Notes: generated by a model from the letters alone, not told the origin. 35,821 nt of DNA from a virus (IMGVR_UViG_3300025723_000103:1-35821), one strand, 5' to 3'. Positions 26,892 to 35,821 are shown, counted from the first letter of the stretch. Made by a program: numbers and translations.

Positions 26892-27824
26892 ATGACTGAC
26901 CGCGCTCAATTTGAAGCAATGCTAGAAGCTTTGATCAACGAAGATCAAGATACAGCAAAAGAAATCTTCCACAACATCGTTGTTGGAAAATCACGTGAAA
27001 TTTACGAAGAATTATTAGAATCAGACTTTGGTGGAAAAGCACCAAAAGATACAGGTAACCCATACGACTCAGAAGATGACACTGAAGAAGAGCCAACAGA
27101 TGATGATGGCGAAGATGATGGCGAAGAGCCAGACTTTGGTGGTGATGAAGAAGGCGAAGATGATGCTGAAGGCGAAGATGATGCTGAAGGCGAAGATGAT
27201 GCTGAAGGCGAAGAAGAGCCATTTGGTGACGAAGAAGGCGGCGAAGAAGGCGAAGGCGACATTGAAGATCGCGTTATGGACCTAGAAGACGCATTAGAAG
27301 ATCTAAAAGCAGAATTCGAGCATCTATTAGCAGGTGAAGAACACGAAGAAGAACAAACTCCAGGTATTCACGGTGACGGCATGCCAATGCATGATTTAGC
27401 CGCACAGGTACACGGTGATGATGGTGCTCAAGATGGTGCTGACGATCTTGACAATCTAATGGAATATGTTAATAAAGTAGGTGGAAACACATACAATTCA
27501 TTTGGAAAAATGGGTGATGACGGTGTAAACAAGAAGTCTGTTATCGACAATATGAAGAATGACATGGGTGGTACAGTAGAAAATATCGCTCGTAACGACG
27601 TAGAAAGCCCAACATTTGCAAACCAAGGTAATTTAAAAGGTACAGGTTTGTTAAAAGGTAACGTAGTTCCTAATCCAGATGCAGCCGGTAACGTTAATGT
27701 TCCAGGCGGTAAAGCTGGTAAGACAGGTTTCACAAAGCGTGAACCAGGACACGGACCAGAGAAGAAAGGTGCAAGCGATAAGCCAGCTAATAGTAAATCT
27801 ACTATTGGCGGACGTATTCGTTAA
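26892..27824 (+). CDS. Highly acidic prohead core/scaffold-type protein (310 aa)
   Basis: D/E-rich low-complexity centre, IEDRVMDLEDALEDLKAEFEHLL coiled coil and a basic C-terminus. Lies between portal and protease with a strong SD. Confidence 0.75.
   Translation: MTDRAQFEAMLEALINEDQDTAKEIFHNIVVGKSREIYEELLESDFGGKAPKDTGNPYDSEDDTEEEPTDDDGEDDGEEPDFGGDEEGEDDAEGEDDAEGEDDAEGEEEPFGDEEGGEEGEGDIEDRVMDLEDALEDLKAEFEHLLAGEEHEEEQTPGIHGDGMPMHDLAAQVHGDDGAQDGADDLDNLMEYVNKVGGNTYNSFGKMGDDGVNKKSVIDNMKNDMGGTVENIARNDVESPTFANQGNLKGTGLLKGNVVPNPDAAGNVNVPGGKAGKTGFTKREPGHGPEKKGASDKPANSKSTIGGRIR
27150..27214 (+). repeat. 18-bp tandem repeat x3.6 (EGEDDA)
   Basis: GAAGGCGAAGATGATGCT at 27150, 27168 and 27186, with a partial copy at 27204. 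Confidence 0.95.
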
Positions 27825-27837
27825 TTAGGAAATTACA

Positions 27838-28473
27838 TTGAAAAATATGTTGTATCTCCGAGAGAATCTCAGTTTCAACGAAGCAAAAATGATCGTTGAA
27901 TCTGATGACAAAGATGGGAAGAACTTGTACATGTCCGGGATTTGCATCCAGGGCGGTATACGTAACGCTAACCAGCGTGTTTACCCTGTTAATGAGATTG
28001 GCAAGGCTGTTAAGACCCTTAACGATCAGATTCAGAACGGTTATTCAGTTCTCGGAGAAGTGGATCATCCAGATGATCTAAAAATTAACCTGGACCGTGT
28101 AAGTCACATGATAGTTAATATGTGGATGGACGGTCCTAATGGTTACGGTAAACTGAAAATTTTACCAACCCCTATGGGACAACTAATCAAGACAATGCTG
28201 GAAAGCGGAGTCAAGCTAGGTGTTTCTAGTCGCGGATCCGGAAACGTCAAGGAAGACGGATCCGGTGAAGTATCAGATTTTGAGATTATCACAGTAGATA
28301 TGGTAGCTCAACCTAGTGCTCCAGGAGCATATCCCACACCAATTTATGAACACTTGATGAATAATCGAGGCGGCATGAATGCCTTGCGTATAGCGCAAGA
28401 GGTGAAAGGTGATCCTAAGGCACAGAAATATCTCAAAGAGAGTTTATTAGCAATAATAAACAAACTCCAATAA
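27838..28473 (+). CDS. gp21: Prohead protease, T4 gp21-like (start TTG 27838 or ATG 27847)
   Basis: GICIQGGIRNANQRVYP, GEVDHP, ILPTPMG, LGVSSRGSG, DMVAQPSAPGAY. Confidence 0.96.
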   Translation: MKNMLYLRENLSFNEAKMIVESDDKDGKNLYMSGICIQGGIRNANQRVYPVNEIGKAVKTLNDQIQNGYSVLGEVDHPDDLKINLDRVSHMIVNMWMDGPNGYGKLKILPTPMGQLIKTMLESGVKLGVSSRGSGNVKEDGSGEVSDFEIITVDMVAQPSAPGAYPTPIYEHLMNNRGGMNALRIAQEVKGDPKAQKYLKESLLAIINKLQ

Positions 28474-28486
28474 TAAGGAGAATCAC

Positions 28487-29581
28487 ATGTTGGATGCACT
28501 AAAATCGTTATTTGAAAACAATGTGATTTCAGAAGAGATCAAAGAGTCAATCGAAGCCGCTTTTGAGAATCGTATTAACGAAGCTCGTCAAGAAGTAGCT
28601 ACACAACTACGCGAAGAATTCGCACAAAAATACGAACACGACAAGAATACAATGATTGAAGCAGTAGATCGCATGATCTCTGAACAATTAGCTGGCGAGA
28701 TTGTTGAGTTTGCCGATGATCGCAATCAATTAGCAGAAATGAAAGTTAAGTATGCTAAGAAGATGAAGAAAGACGCTGAAGTAATGAAGGAATTTGTTAC
28801 ACGTCAGCTAGCTCAAGAAGTTCGTGAACTTCATGAAGATCAAGTAACAATGGCAAACAAGTTTGGTAAATTGGAACAATTTGTAGTTGAGGCTCTAGCT
28901 CAAGAAATTACAGAGTTTATGCAAGACAAACGTGATCTAGCTGAAACTAAGGTACGCTTAGTTCGCGAAGGTCGTCAAGAAATCAAGAAGGTAAAACAAG
29001 AGTTTGTAACTCGTGCCGCTAAGATGGTTGAAGGTGTTGTAGAATCAGGACTACGTTCTGAGATTACATCATTGAAAGAAGACATCGAAGCCGCTCGTCG
29101 TCAAGATTTTGGACGCAAGTTATTCGAAGCTTTTGCTCAAGAATATCAATCGTCTTACCTAAATGAAAAATCGGAAACAGCAAAATTACTCAAAGTCATA
29201 GACTTGAAAGATCAAGCCATGCAAGAGGCCGCACAGGCCGTTGTTAAAGCAGAACAGATCTTAGAAAGTAAAGAAGTTGAAATCCGTACTCTTAAAGAGA
29301 GTCAAACAAGAAAACAAATCATGAGTGAATTACTAGCTCCTTTAAGTAGCGAGCAACGTGAAATCATGAATGAATTGATGGAGTCTGTAAAAACAGAACG
29401 TCTAAACGAAAGTTTTGACAAGTATCTCCCAGCAGTTATTGCTGGCAAAGCTCCGCAGAAGAAACAGGCACTAGTAGAGGCTAAAGAAATAACCGGAAAT
29501 AAGATTTCCAACAACCAAAATAGCAGTGAAAGCGAAAGCAATATCGTTGATATTCGTCGTCTAGCTGGACTAAAATTCTAA
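28487..29581 (+). CDS. gp22: Prohead core scaffold protein, T4 gp22-like
   Basis: Glu/Lys-rich coiled-coil protein between protease and capsid genes. SD AAGGAG. Confidence 0.85.
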   Translation: MLDALKSLFENNVISEEIKESIEAAFENRINEARQEVATQLREEFAQKYEHDKNTMIEAVDRMISEQLAGEIVEFADDRNQLAEMKVKYAKKMKKDAEVMKEFVTRQLAQEVRELHEDQVTMANKFGKLEQFVVEALAQEITEFMQDKRDLAETKVRLVREGRQEIKKVKQEFVTRAAKMVEGVVESGLRSEITSLKEDIEAARRQDFGRKLFEAFAQEYQSSYLNEKSETAKLLKVIDLKDQAMQEAAQAVVKAEQILESKEVEIRTLKESQTRKQIMSELLAPLSSEQREIMNELMESVKTERLNESFDKYLPAVIAGKAPQKKQALVEAKEITGNKISNNQNSSESESNIVDIRRLAGLKF

Positions 29582-29593
29582 GGAGAAATTTAA

Positions 29594-30769
29594 ATGTCAG
29601 AACTATTAAACGGACGTTGGGCAGAAACTAAGGAAGCCCTATTAGAAGGCTTACAAGGCACTAAAAAATCAGTAATGGGTGTAACCCTTGAGAATACTCG
29701 CAAGTATTTGATGGAATCTCCAACTGCTGGTGCTACTTCTGCTGGTAACGTTGCAACTTTAAATCGCGTGATCCTTCCAGTGATCCGACGTGTTATGCCT
29801 ACCGTTATTGCTAACGAGTTAGTAGGTGTACAACCAATGACTGGTCCAGTTGGACAGATCCACACATTGCGTGTTCGCTACAGCGATTCAAGCTCTGGTG
29901 CTGGTGTGTTAGCTGGTGAAGAAGCATTAAGCCCATTCAAGATTGCGGCTTCATATTCTGGTAACCAAGTTGATGGCGCAGCCAAGGCAGCTTCTACAGC
30001 TACTCTTGAAGGCCAAGCTGGTAACAGAATGTCAATTCAAATCTTGAAACAAACAGTTGAAGCTAAAACTCGTAAATTGTCTGCTCGTTGGACATTCGAG
30101 GCTGCTCAAGACGCTCAAGCCCAACAAGGTATTGACGTTGAAGCAGAAGTTATGGCTGCTTTGGCACAAGAAATCACAGCTGAAATTGACCAAGAGATCA
30201 TTGCATCTTTAACAACTCTAGCTGGTACAGCAACACAAACTTATGATCAATCACAAGTTAGTGGTACTGCTACATTCGTTGGTGACGAGCATGCCGCATT
30301 GGCAGTTCAGATCAATCGCGTAAGCAACTTGATCGCTCAACGTACACGTCGTGGTGCTGGTAACTACGCTGTTGTATCACCATTTGCTTTAACAATTCTA
30401 CAATCTGCTACTACTTCAGCTTTTGCTCGTACAACAGAAGGTACATTTGAAGCTCCAACAAACACTAAGTTCGTTGGTACATTGAACGGTGCTATGAAGA
30501 TTTATGTTAACAGCTACGCTCAAGACACAGCTTCTATCCTAATTGGATACAAAGGTGGTAGTGAGTCTGATGCTCCTGCATTCTATTGCCCATACATTCC
30601 ATTGATGAGCAGTGGTGTAGTTTTAGATCCATCAACATTCGAACCAGTCGTTTCATTCATGACACGTTATGGCTATGTTGAATTGTCTAACACAGCATCT
30701 TCTCTAGGTAATGCGGCTGACTATTTAGGTCTAGTTGCTATTACTTCAGGTAACGTTAAATTTAGTTAA
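29594..30769 (+). CDS. gp23: Major capsid protein, T4 gp23-like (391 aa)
   Basis: IRRVMPTVIANELVGVQPMTGPVGQIHTLR, VEAKTRKLSARWTFEAAQD, EITAEIDQEII, FYCPYIPL, FEPVVSFMTRYG. SD AAGGAG. Confidence 0.97.
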   Translation: MSELLNGRWAETKEALLEGLQGTKKSVMGVTLENTRKYLMESPTAGATSAGNVATLNRVILPVIRRVMPTVIANELVGVQPMTGPVGQIHTLRVRYSDSSSGAGVLAGEEALSPFKIAASYSGNQVDGAAKAASTATLEGQAGNRMSIQILKQTVEAKTRKLSARWTFEAAQDAQAQQGIDVEAEVMAALAQEITAEIDQEIIASLTTLAGTATQTYDQSQVSGTATFVGDEHAALAVQINRVSNLIAQRTRRGAGNYAVVSPFALTILQSATTSAFARTTEGTFEAPTNTKFVGTLNGAMKIYVNSYAQDTASILIGYKGGSESDAPAFYCPYIPLMSSGVVLDPSTFEPVVSFMTRYGYVELSNTASSLGNAADYLGLVAITSGNVKFS

Positions 30770-30798
30770 TTTAACTACCCTAGAGGTTTGTTATATAG

Positions 30799-30827
30799 AA
30801 AAGGACTCTCCGGAGTCCTTTTTCTTT
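30799..30827 (+). terminator. Rho-independent terminator after the capsid gene
   Basis: AAAAGGACTC-TCCG-GAGTCCTTTT followed by TCTTT. Confidence 0.9.
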
Positions 30828-30840
30828 GGGTAAATATATC

Positions 30841-31425
30841 ATGTCCACAACACTATTTTATAATCCAACATCGATTTCAAACGTATCAATTGCTAATGAA
30901 GTAACAGGAATTCCTAGCATTGATTGGAAATATAATCCTACATTTCTTGGACAAGGTGCCTATGCTACTAGCTCTAAGCCCTTGTATACTATCAGCGGAT
31001 TGTGGATGGAAAGATTTTTAAACAACACAAGTCAATTGTGGTGCACCGGATTTAATATTCCCGACAATGGCGCTACGGTTGCGGGCATAGAACTACAACT
31101 TAATGTATTACGTGCGTCTCGAATAGAAGATCTAGTAATACAACTAACATTAAACGGCGAACTTATAGGGGACAACTACGCAAGTACAGTTAATCCTGTG
31201 CAGTCAGATATGTATACCGGAGATTTTACAACACCATTAAATCCTATAGGAGATCTTAATATCTATGGAGGGCCTGGAGATTTATGGAGTACAACCGGTC
31301 TTACTAGTGCTAACATAGCAGATTCTACGTTTGGCATTGTGGTAAGTTTTCGCAGTAATCAGATATATCCGCACAGAGATACTGCCTATTTAGATCAAGC
31401 AAGCCTAAGAATCACTTACGCATAA
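30841..31425 (+). CDS. Hypothetical protein (194 aa, beta-rich, probably virion-associated)
   Basis: ATG 30841 is preferred over TTG 30826, which lies in the terminator tail. TAAATA late box at 30831-30836. Confidence 0.75.
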   Translation: MSTTLFYNPTSISNVSIANEVTGIPSIDWKYNPTFLGQGAYATSSKPLYTISGLWMERFLNNTSQLWCTGFNIPDNGATVAGIELQLNVLRASRIEDLVIQLTLNGELIGDNYASTVNPVQSDMYTGDFTTPLNPIGDLNIYGGPGDLWSTTGLTSANIADSTFGIVVSFRSNQIYPHRDTAYLDQASLRITYA

Positions 31426-31428
31426 ATA
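31422..31428 (+). promoter_or_regulatory. Late promoter box ATAAATA
   Basis: CGCATAAATACATT is the same 14-mer as at 26529-26542, and again overlaps a TAA stop. Confidence 0.6.
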
Positions 31429-31437
31429 CATTGTAAC

Positions 31438-31495
31438 AACTCACATGGGGTGAGTTTTATGCGGAAATCCAACCGCGTACGGCCTAGAACGCCGT
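31438..31495 (+). ncRNA. Candidate structured 5' leader RNA (three tandem hairpins)
   Basis: AACTCAC/GTGAGTT (31438-31456), TATGCGG/CCGCGTA (31458-31479) and ACGGC/GCCGT (31479-31495) lie between a late box and SD AAGGAG. Confidence 0.6.
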
Positions 31496-31517
31496 TATTC
31501 TTTAAGGAGAAATTAAA

Positions 31518-32762
31518 ATGGGACGTCCTTTAAATAAGAAATATTTTGGCGGTCGTAATGCCGGTATCACTGGTGGTTACAATCGTTCAGTAGATTCAAC
31601 ATCTGGATTAGCCGGTACTAGCGTAAATGCCCCTGGCGTTACAGTTACAACTGTAGGTTCATATACAACAGCATTTCCAGCATTAACATTTGCCACACCA
31701 TTAGGTGGTGAAGGTATTACAACCGCAACAGCAACTGGTACATTTGTTGGTAAAGTGATTTCTGCAACAGTTGCAGGTGGTAACAGTGGTACTAAAGCAT
31801 ATCAAACTGGTCAAGTATTATCAACTCGCGGCGGCGCAACACTTACAGTGGCAACGATTGCTAACTCACTAGGTGATACTATTGCTAGTACAAACGGTTC
31901 AAATCAAGTTGTATTTTCAAATACAACAGCATACATTCCAGGTATGGATTTCTTGACAAGCGCAAGTTTAACAGGTTCTGGTCTAACAGCCGCTACACGT
32001 TACTGGATTGTGAGCGGTTCTGGTACAACATACTCTGTTGCTAGTTCTTATGCTAACGCTATTGCCGGTACAGCATTGACATTTGGCTCAGGCGCCGTTG
32101 GTTCAAACGGTAGCGTACTAGTTGGTACACAAGCTGGCCCAATCGCAACTCTTACAGTTACAACTGGCGGATCAGTTACAAGCGGATCAACCGGTGCTCA
32201 AGCTACTACAAACACAACAACGCCTGGCGGTACAGGTGCAACTGTAGTACTAACCTATGGACTAAGCGGTGTTACAGTTACTGATACTGGTGCAGGTTAT
32301 GCTCCATCACAAGCTCCAGTAGCCATTACAGCTTCATCAGGTTCAGCGGCAGCTACAATTACTTTAGAAGCAGAAGTAACAAGTGGTTATAGTGTAGCAT
32401 TAGACTATCCAAGTATTGTTGCCTATGCTATTACAACAGGAACAACAAGTCGTCGTTATAGCGATATTGTCAAGCAAGAAGGCTCGCGCAGTTTCAGAGT
32501 TGTTAATACAGACAGCAAGACATATCCAGGTACTTTCTGTAAATTAATAACAGCAACTCCAACAGTAGCTGGCACAATGGCTATTAATGCTACTGACTCA
32601 GATGGTAACACATATTGGGTTGAAAAGCTCAGCAACCGTAAAGCAACTATTGTTTCCGGTGGCGTTGGCACTCCAGGAACACAATTTACAACACCTACAC
32701 AGGTGCCTTGGACATTTGGTTCAGCAGTGGCAAACGTTTCAGTTAAGATCGATAACATCTAA
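31518..32762 (+). CDS. Gly/Thr/Ser-rich virion structural protein (414 aa; decoration/fibre-like)
   Basis: MGRPLNKKYFG start, beta-rich T/G/S composition, strong SD, located just after the capsid gene. Confidence 0.75.
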   Translation: MGRPLNKKYFGGRNAGITGGYNRSVDSTSGLAGTSVNAPGVTVTTVGSYTTAFPALTFATPLGGEGITTATATGTFVGKVISATVAGGNSGTKAYQTGQVLSTRGGATLTVATIANSLGDTIASTNGSNQVVFSNTTAYIPGMDFLTSASLTGSGLTAATRYWIVSGSGTTYSVASSYANAIAGTALTFGSGAVGSNGSVLVGTQAGPIATLTVTTGGSVTSGSTGAQATTNTTTPGGTGATVVLTYGLSGVTVTDTGAGYAPSQAPVAITASSGSAAATITLEAEVTSGYSVALDYPSIVAYAITTGTTSRRYSDIVKQEGSRSFRVVNTDSKTYPGTFCKLITATPTVAGTMAINATDSDGNTYWVEKLSNRKATIVSGGVGTPGTQFTTPTQVPWTFGSAVANVSVKIDNI

Positions 32763-32764
32763 TA

Positions 32765-32795
32765 GTTAATAGGAGCCCTTCGGGGCTCCATTAAC
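32765..32795 (+). terminator. Stable C(UUCG)G hairpin, terminator or mRNA-stability element
   Basis: GTTAAT-A-GGAGCCC-TTCG-GGGCTCC-ATTAAC, with no clear U-tract. Confidence 0.65.
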
Positions 32796-32810
32796 CCTAC
32801 AGGATACAGA

Positions 32811-33941
32811 ATGTCAAAAATTGTAAAAGTCAGTAACGGTGACTATAGTCTACAGGTACAAGCTGGTGGTAATATTATTCTTGATACTACCGGAACTGCC
32901 ATTGGAAGAAATTCTGCACAATATGGAACGGTAACTGTCTGGGGCAATCTTGATGTTAAGGGAACTACTACCACAGTTGAATCTTCAGCACTAGTTGTTG
33001 ATGTTAATATTTTAAAAATTGACCAAGGATTAGGATCAGCCCCCGGCATACCAGCAGGATTAAATTATCAATCTGGTTTTGAAATAGACAGGGGATCATA
33101 TGCTCCTGCACAAATTTTATTTGACGAAAGTGTTAAACACTACGACTCTACTACAGGATTAAATCCTGCGGGTACGTTCTTGTTAAGAACAGGAATTTCA
33201 TCCGGAACTCAAGTTTTAAATGGATTACAATTAAGAACAATCACAACTGATACTTCAGGTGATTTAAGTTTTGATATGCATGGCGGAAGTCATGCTTTAG
33301 CTATCGTAAATGTTGGCGGGACTATCGGAGTCAGCGGGCATACATTAACTAATGATGCTGTTAACTATGCCGGAACGATAGGAACAACACTACAACCTTA
33401 CCATATTCCAAATGTGCAATGGAACTATGGATATGTATTGTCAACCTTAACACCATCAGGACAAGGCGCATCTGGCACGGCAATAGTGAATGAAATACAA
33501 TGGCCATTAGCAGCCAGCGTGAGCCCAGCTGTAGCTGCCGGCGCGGCAGCAAATGTGTTGGTCACAGGGACACTGGGCACAAATACGACATATCAAGTTC
33601 AGTTTAACGTTAACAATGCGACTAGAGGATATTTTGCCACTACCGGACTTACTGTTGACAATGTTAGAACATTTAGTAATACTATTAACAATGTTGCTAG
33701 TAATCTAGTACTAACATCGACTAGTACCGGTACTGTTGAATTAAATGCAGTGCTACAACTAGACGATCAAATCAGTCCTCCAGGATCAAATAGTAGTGGT
33801 ACATTACTTTATTCACAAAACTCAACAGTTACCACGCTGGCCGCCCATCCAGGAAAAACTGGTATATATTTTAGTAATTCGATAGGTACTGATGAATTAA
33901 TATCAAAAAATAGAGCATTACTTTTAAGTATATTATTTTAA
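32811..33941 (+). CDS. Putative virion structural / fibre protein (376 aa)
   Basis: GNLDVKGTTTTVES...SGFEIDRGS...FDES pattern seen in phage fibre-like proteins. SD AGGA. Confidence 0.7.
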   Translation: MSKIVKVSNGDYSLQVQAGGNIILDTTGTAIGRNSAQYGTVTVWGNLDVKGTTTTVESSALVVDVNILKIDQGLGSAPGIPAGLNYQSGFEIDRGSYAPAQILFDESVKHYDSTTGLNPAGTFLLRTGISSGTQVLNGLQLRTITTDTSGDLSFDMHGGSHALAIVNVGGTIGVSGHTLTNDAVNYAGTIGTTLQPYHIPNVQWNYGYVLSTLTPSGQGASGTAIVNEIQWPLAASVSPAVAAGAAANVLVTGTLGTNTTYQVQFNVNNATRGYFATTGLTVDNVRTFSNTINNVASNLVLTSTSTGTVELNAVLQLDDQISPPGSNSSGTLLYSQNSTVTTLAAHPGKTGIYFSNSIGTDELISKNRALLLSILF

Positions 33942-33950
33942 GGAAAGAAC

Positions 33951-34298
33951 ATGGCATTAACAGCGACACCAATCATAGCAACAGCAGTAACTAGCGGAAC
34001 TCCTAATGGCACAACAATCTACACTAGTAGTAATAACAATGCCATTACCAGCATGATAGCCTGTAATAACAGTGGAAGTCCTATTACTTTTTCATTATAC
34101 GCTGTGCCTAACGGCAAGACAGCCTATGTAAATCCTGAATGTACAATTATCAGTAATTTATCTTTACCGGCAGGTGAAACACTAAGTTTAGATCAAGAAA
34201 AATTAGTATTAGGCAATAATGACGTTATTTGTGCCATAGCTAGCACAGCCTATACAGGCACAGGAGTTAGTATAATTTTAAGTACATTACCGGTATAA
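33951..34298 (+). CDS. Hypothetical virion protein (115 aa)
   Basis: SD AAGGA, beta-rich sequence, co-oriented in the structural operon. Confidence 0.75.
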   Translation: MALTATPIIATAVTSGTPNGTTIYTSSNNNAITSMIACNNSGSPITFSLYAVPNGKTAYVNPECTIISNLSLPAGETLSLDQEKLVLGNNDVICAIASTAYTGTGVSIILSTLPV

Positions 34299-34300
34299 TT

Positions 34301-34861
34301 ATGAGATTTTTAAAACAACTTAATCTAAATCGTAGAATTTCAAACGATACTACATTGTATTCAGATGTGACTAATTCCAATGTGTATGTGAGTCCTACTG
34401 GTCGAGGAAGTCTTGTAATACCAAATGGCCCTACAGGTAGTCAACCAACAGGCTTGCCAGGCATGATGCGTTATGATACTACAACCAATCAAGTGATGGT
34501 ATTTCAAGGTGGCACTTATGGCAACGGTGGCCAATGGAGGGCATTGCGCTTTAAAGAATCTGTAGGCATCACTAGAGAAACATATACCGGAGATGGTTCT
34601 ACTACAGTGTTTGGACCATTAAATCCGCAACCTCCGGGCATTGTGCAAAACGGTTCAACATGGACCGGAGATAACTTGATTGTAATAGTTGGAAATGTCT
34701 ATCAAACTTGGAATTCTAATTATCTAATTCAGACAGGCAGCACAATTGGTGCTCCGTACAATGCATCTCCATACGACGGCACAAAATATTTTATACAATT
34801 TACCTCTGCTGTTCCAGGATTAAGCACACCGATTGTTATTCTGCACGGTTTTGATCAATAA
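34301..34861 (+). CDS. Hypothetical virion/fibre-associated protein (186 aa)
   Basis: SLVIPNGPTGSQPT...GMMRYDTTTNQ and TGDGSTTVFGPL motifs are common in phage fibre proteins. Confidence 0.75.
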   Translation: MRFLKQLNLNRRISNDTTLYSDVTNSNVYVSPTGRGSLVIPNGPTGSQPTGLPGMMRYDTTTNQVMVFQGGTYGNGGQWRALRFKESVGITRETYTGDGSTTVFGPLNPQPPGIVQNGSTWTGDNLIVIVGNVYQTWNSNYLIQTGSTIGAPYNASPYDGTKYFIQFTSAVPGLSTPIVILHGFDQ

Positions 34862-34877
34862 CCGCTAGGAGTCAACT

Positions 34878-35821
34878 ATGGCTAACCAGTTTGGTAGAAT
34901 TAGCGGCCCTTTACTAGCAGATAATTTAAAACGTAACGGTATAAACCTTGCGTTTGATAATCAATTATTATATCTAGATGTTGTTAATAATCGTGTAGGC
35001 TTTAATAGTCTAAGTCCAGTTAATGATCTATTCACACCTACTGCTATCGACAGCATTGGTTTACTAGTTGACAATACTGCCGATATTGGTAATTTTATTA
35101 TCAGTACAAGCACTATACAGAATCCGTTAGGTACTATAACCATTAGTCCTAATCAATCTAGTAATCCAACAATCGTAGTACCACAATTAAGTACAGCAAA
35201 TTTATTGTTTAGCGGCAATACAATTTCAGATAGTGTACAAGATGACAGTATTAACATCACTGCTAACGGAACTGGATTAATAAATTTAAACAACAATACC
35301 GTAGTTACTGGTAATTTACATGCTACCGGTAATATCACGTGGGACGGTAATATCACCTTAGGCAATAGTAGCAGTGATACTATCAATTTTGTTGCAGAAG
35401 TTAACAGTAATATCTTGCCATCAACGACTAATACTGATGATCTAGGATCAAATATTCTACAATGGTTAACAGCCTATGCAAGTAATCTTAATTCGTCAAC
35501 TGCTATTATTTCTAACAGCGCTACCGTAACTAATCTTACCCTAGGAAATATTAGATTTAATAGTAATAATATTTCAAATGTTAATTCATCAAATAATATT
35601 TCATTCGTAACCAGCGGTACTGGTGTTGTTAATTTCAATGGAACAAATTATGTAAATGTTAATAGTATTAATTCACCTTTAGGTAATTTAGTATTGGCAA
35701 GTACAGGGGACGGATTTGTACAATTCAATGGCACTGCTATTGCTATTCCCTTAGGAGATACTGCAACAAGGCCCAATAGTCCACAAGTAGGAACTATGAG
35801 ATTTAATACTGACTTACAGTA
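34878..35821 (+). CDS. Putative tail fibre-like protein, 3' end outside the window (>314 aa)
   Basis: Not in the ORF track because it runs off the edge. SD AGGAG, then ATG 34878: MANQFGRISGPLLADNLKRNGINLAFDNQLLYLDVVNNRVGFN..., ending IPLGDTATRPNSPQVGTMRFNTDLQ. Confidence 0.85.
   Translation, partial: MANQFGRISGPLLADNLKRNGINLAFDNQLLYLDVVNNRVGFNSLSPVNDLFTPTAIDSIGLLVDNTADIGNFIISTSTIQNPLGTITISPNQSSNPTIVVPQLSTANLLFSGNTISDSVQDDSINITANGTGLINLNNNTVVTGNLHATGNITWDGNITLGNSSSDTINFVAEVNSNILPSTTNTDDLGSNILQWLTAYASNLNSSTAIISNSATVTNLTLGNIRFNSNNISNVNSSNNISFVTSGTGVVNFNGTNYVNVNSINSPLGNLVLASTGDGFVQFNGTAIAIPLGDTATRPNSPQVGTMRFNTDLQ

Noticed and set aside
27150-27214. Tandem repeats as a possible CRISPR array
   Set aside because: Head-to-tail in-frame 18-mers with no spacers, inside a CDS, and no cas genes nearby.
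17387-30769. Inteins or introns in gp46, portal, protease or capsid genes
   Set aside because: The ORFs are continuous and of ordinary length, with no intein C/S...HN boundaries or LAGLIDADG motifs seen.
6264-35386. The many short alternative-frame and antisense ORFs in the track (e.g. 11201-11437, 16443-16823, 24196-24723, 27002-27262, 29590-29865)
   Set aside because: They are shadows of long genes with recognisable phage motifs, lack SDs, and are explained by the codon bias or repeats of the real gene.
1-35821. Stop-codon reassignment (TAG/TGA recoding seen in some large phages)
   Set aside because: Conserved genes are full length in code 11 and coding density is high. TGA serves as a stop at 16380, 17390 and 19165.

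Overview
AT-rich segment of a large lytic T4-superfamily (myovirus-type, probably jumbo) bacteriophage genome read in the standard genetic code. From left to right: a minus-strand baseplate module (a >2070-aa virion protein cut by the window edge, gp6-, gp25-, gp5-, hub-, gp53- and gp48/54-like genes); a plus-strand gp55 late sigma factor, gp47/gp46 (Mre11/Rad50-like) nuclease, small basic protein and GIY-YIG endonuclease operon; a ~490-nt ORF-free, heavily base-paired region that looks like a large ncRNA; a membrane-type protein; a minus-strand gp26-like chaperone gene with a strong -1 frameshift signal into an overlapping ORF; then a plus-strand tape-measure-like gene, portal, core/scaffold proteins, prohead protease, major capsid protein and several virion/fibre genes. 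The best candidates for undescribed biology are (1) the large pseudoknotted RNA next to the GIY-YIG nuclease, (2) the programmed frameshift in a T4-type gp26/gp51-like pair, (3) a bipartite late promoter TACGCA-N15-TAAATA, one copy of which overlaps the sigma70 promoter of the enlarged gp55 gene, (4) a cluster of GNA-loop DNA mini-hairpins inside gp46, and (5) a three-hairpin leader RNA. All protein assignments rest on motifs and gene order read by eye, with no database search.
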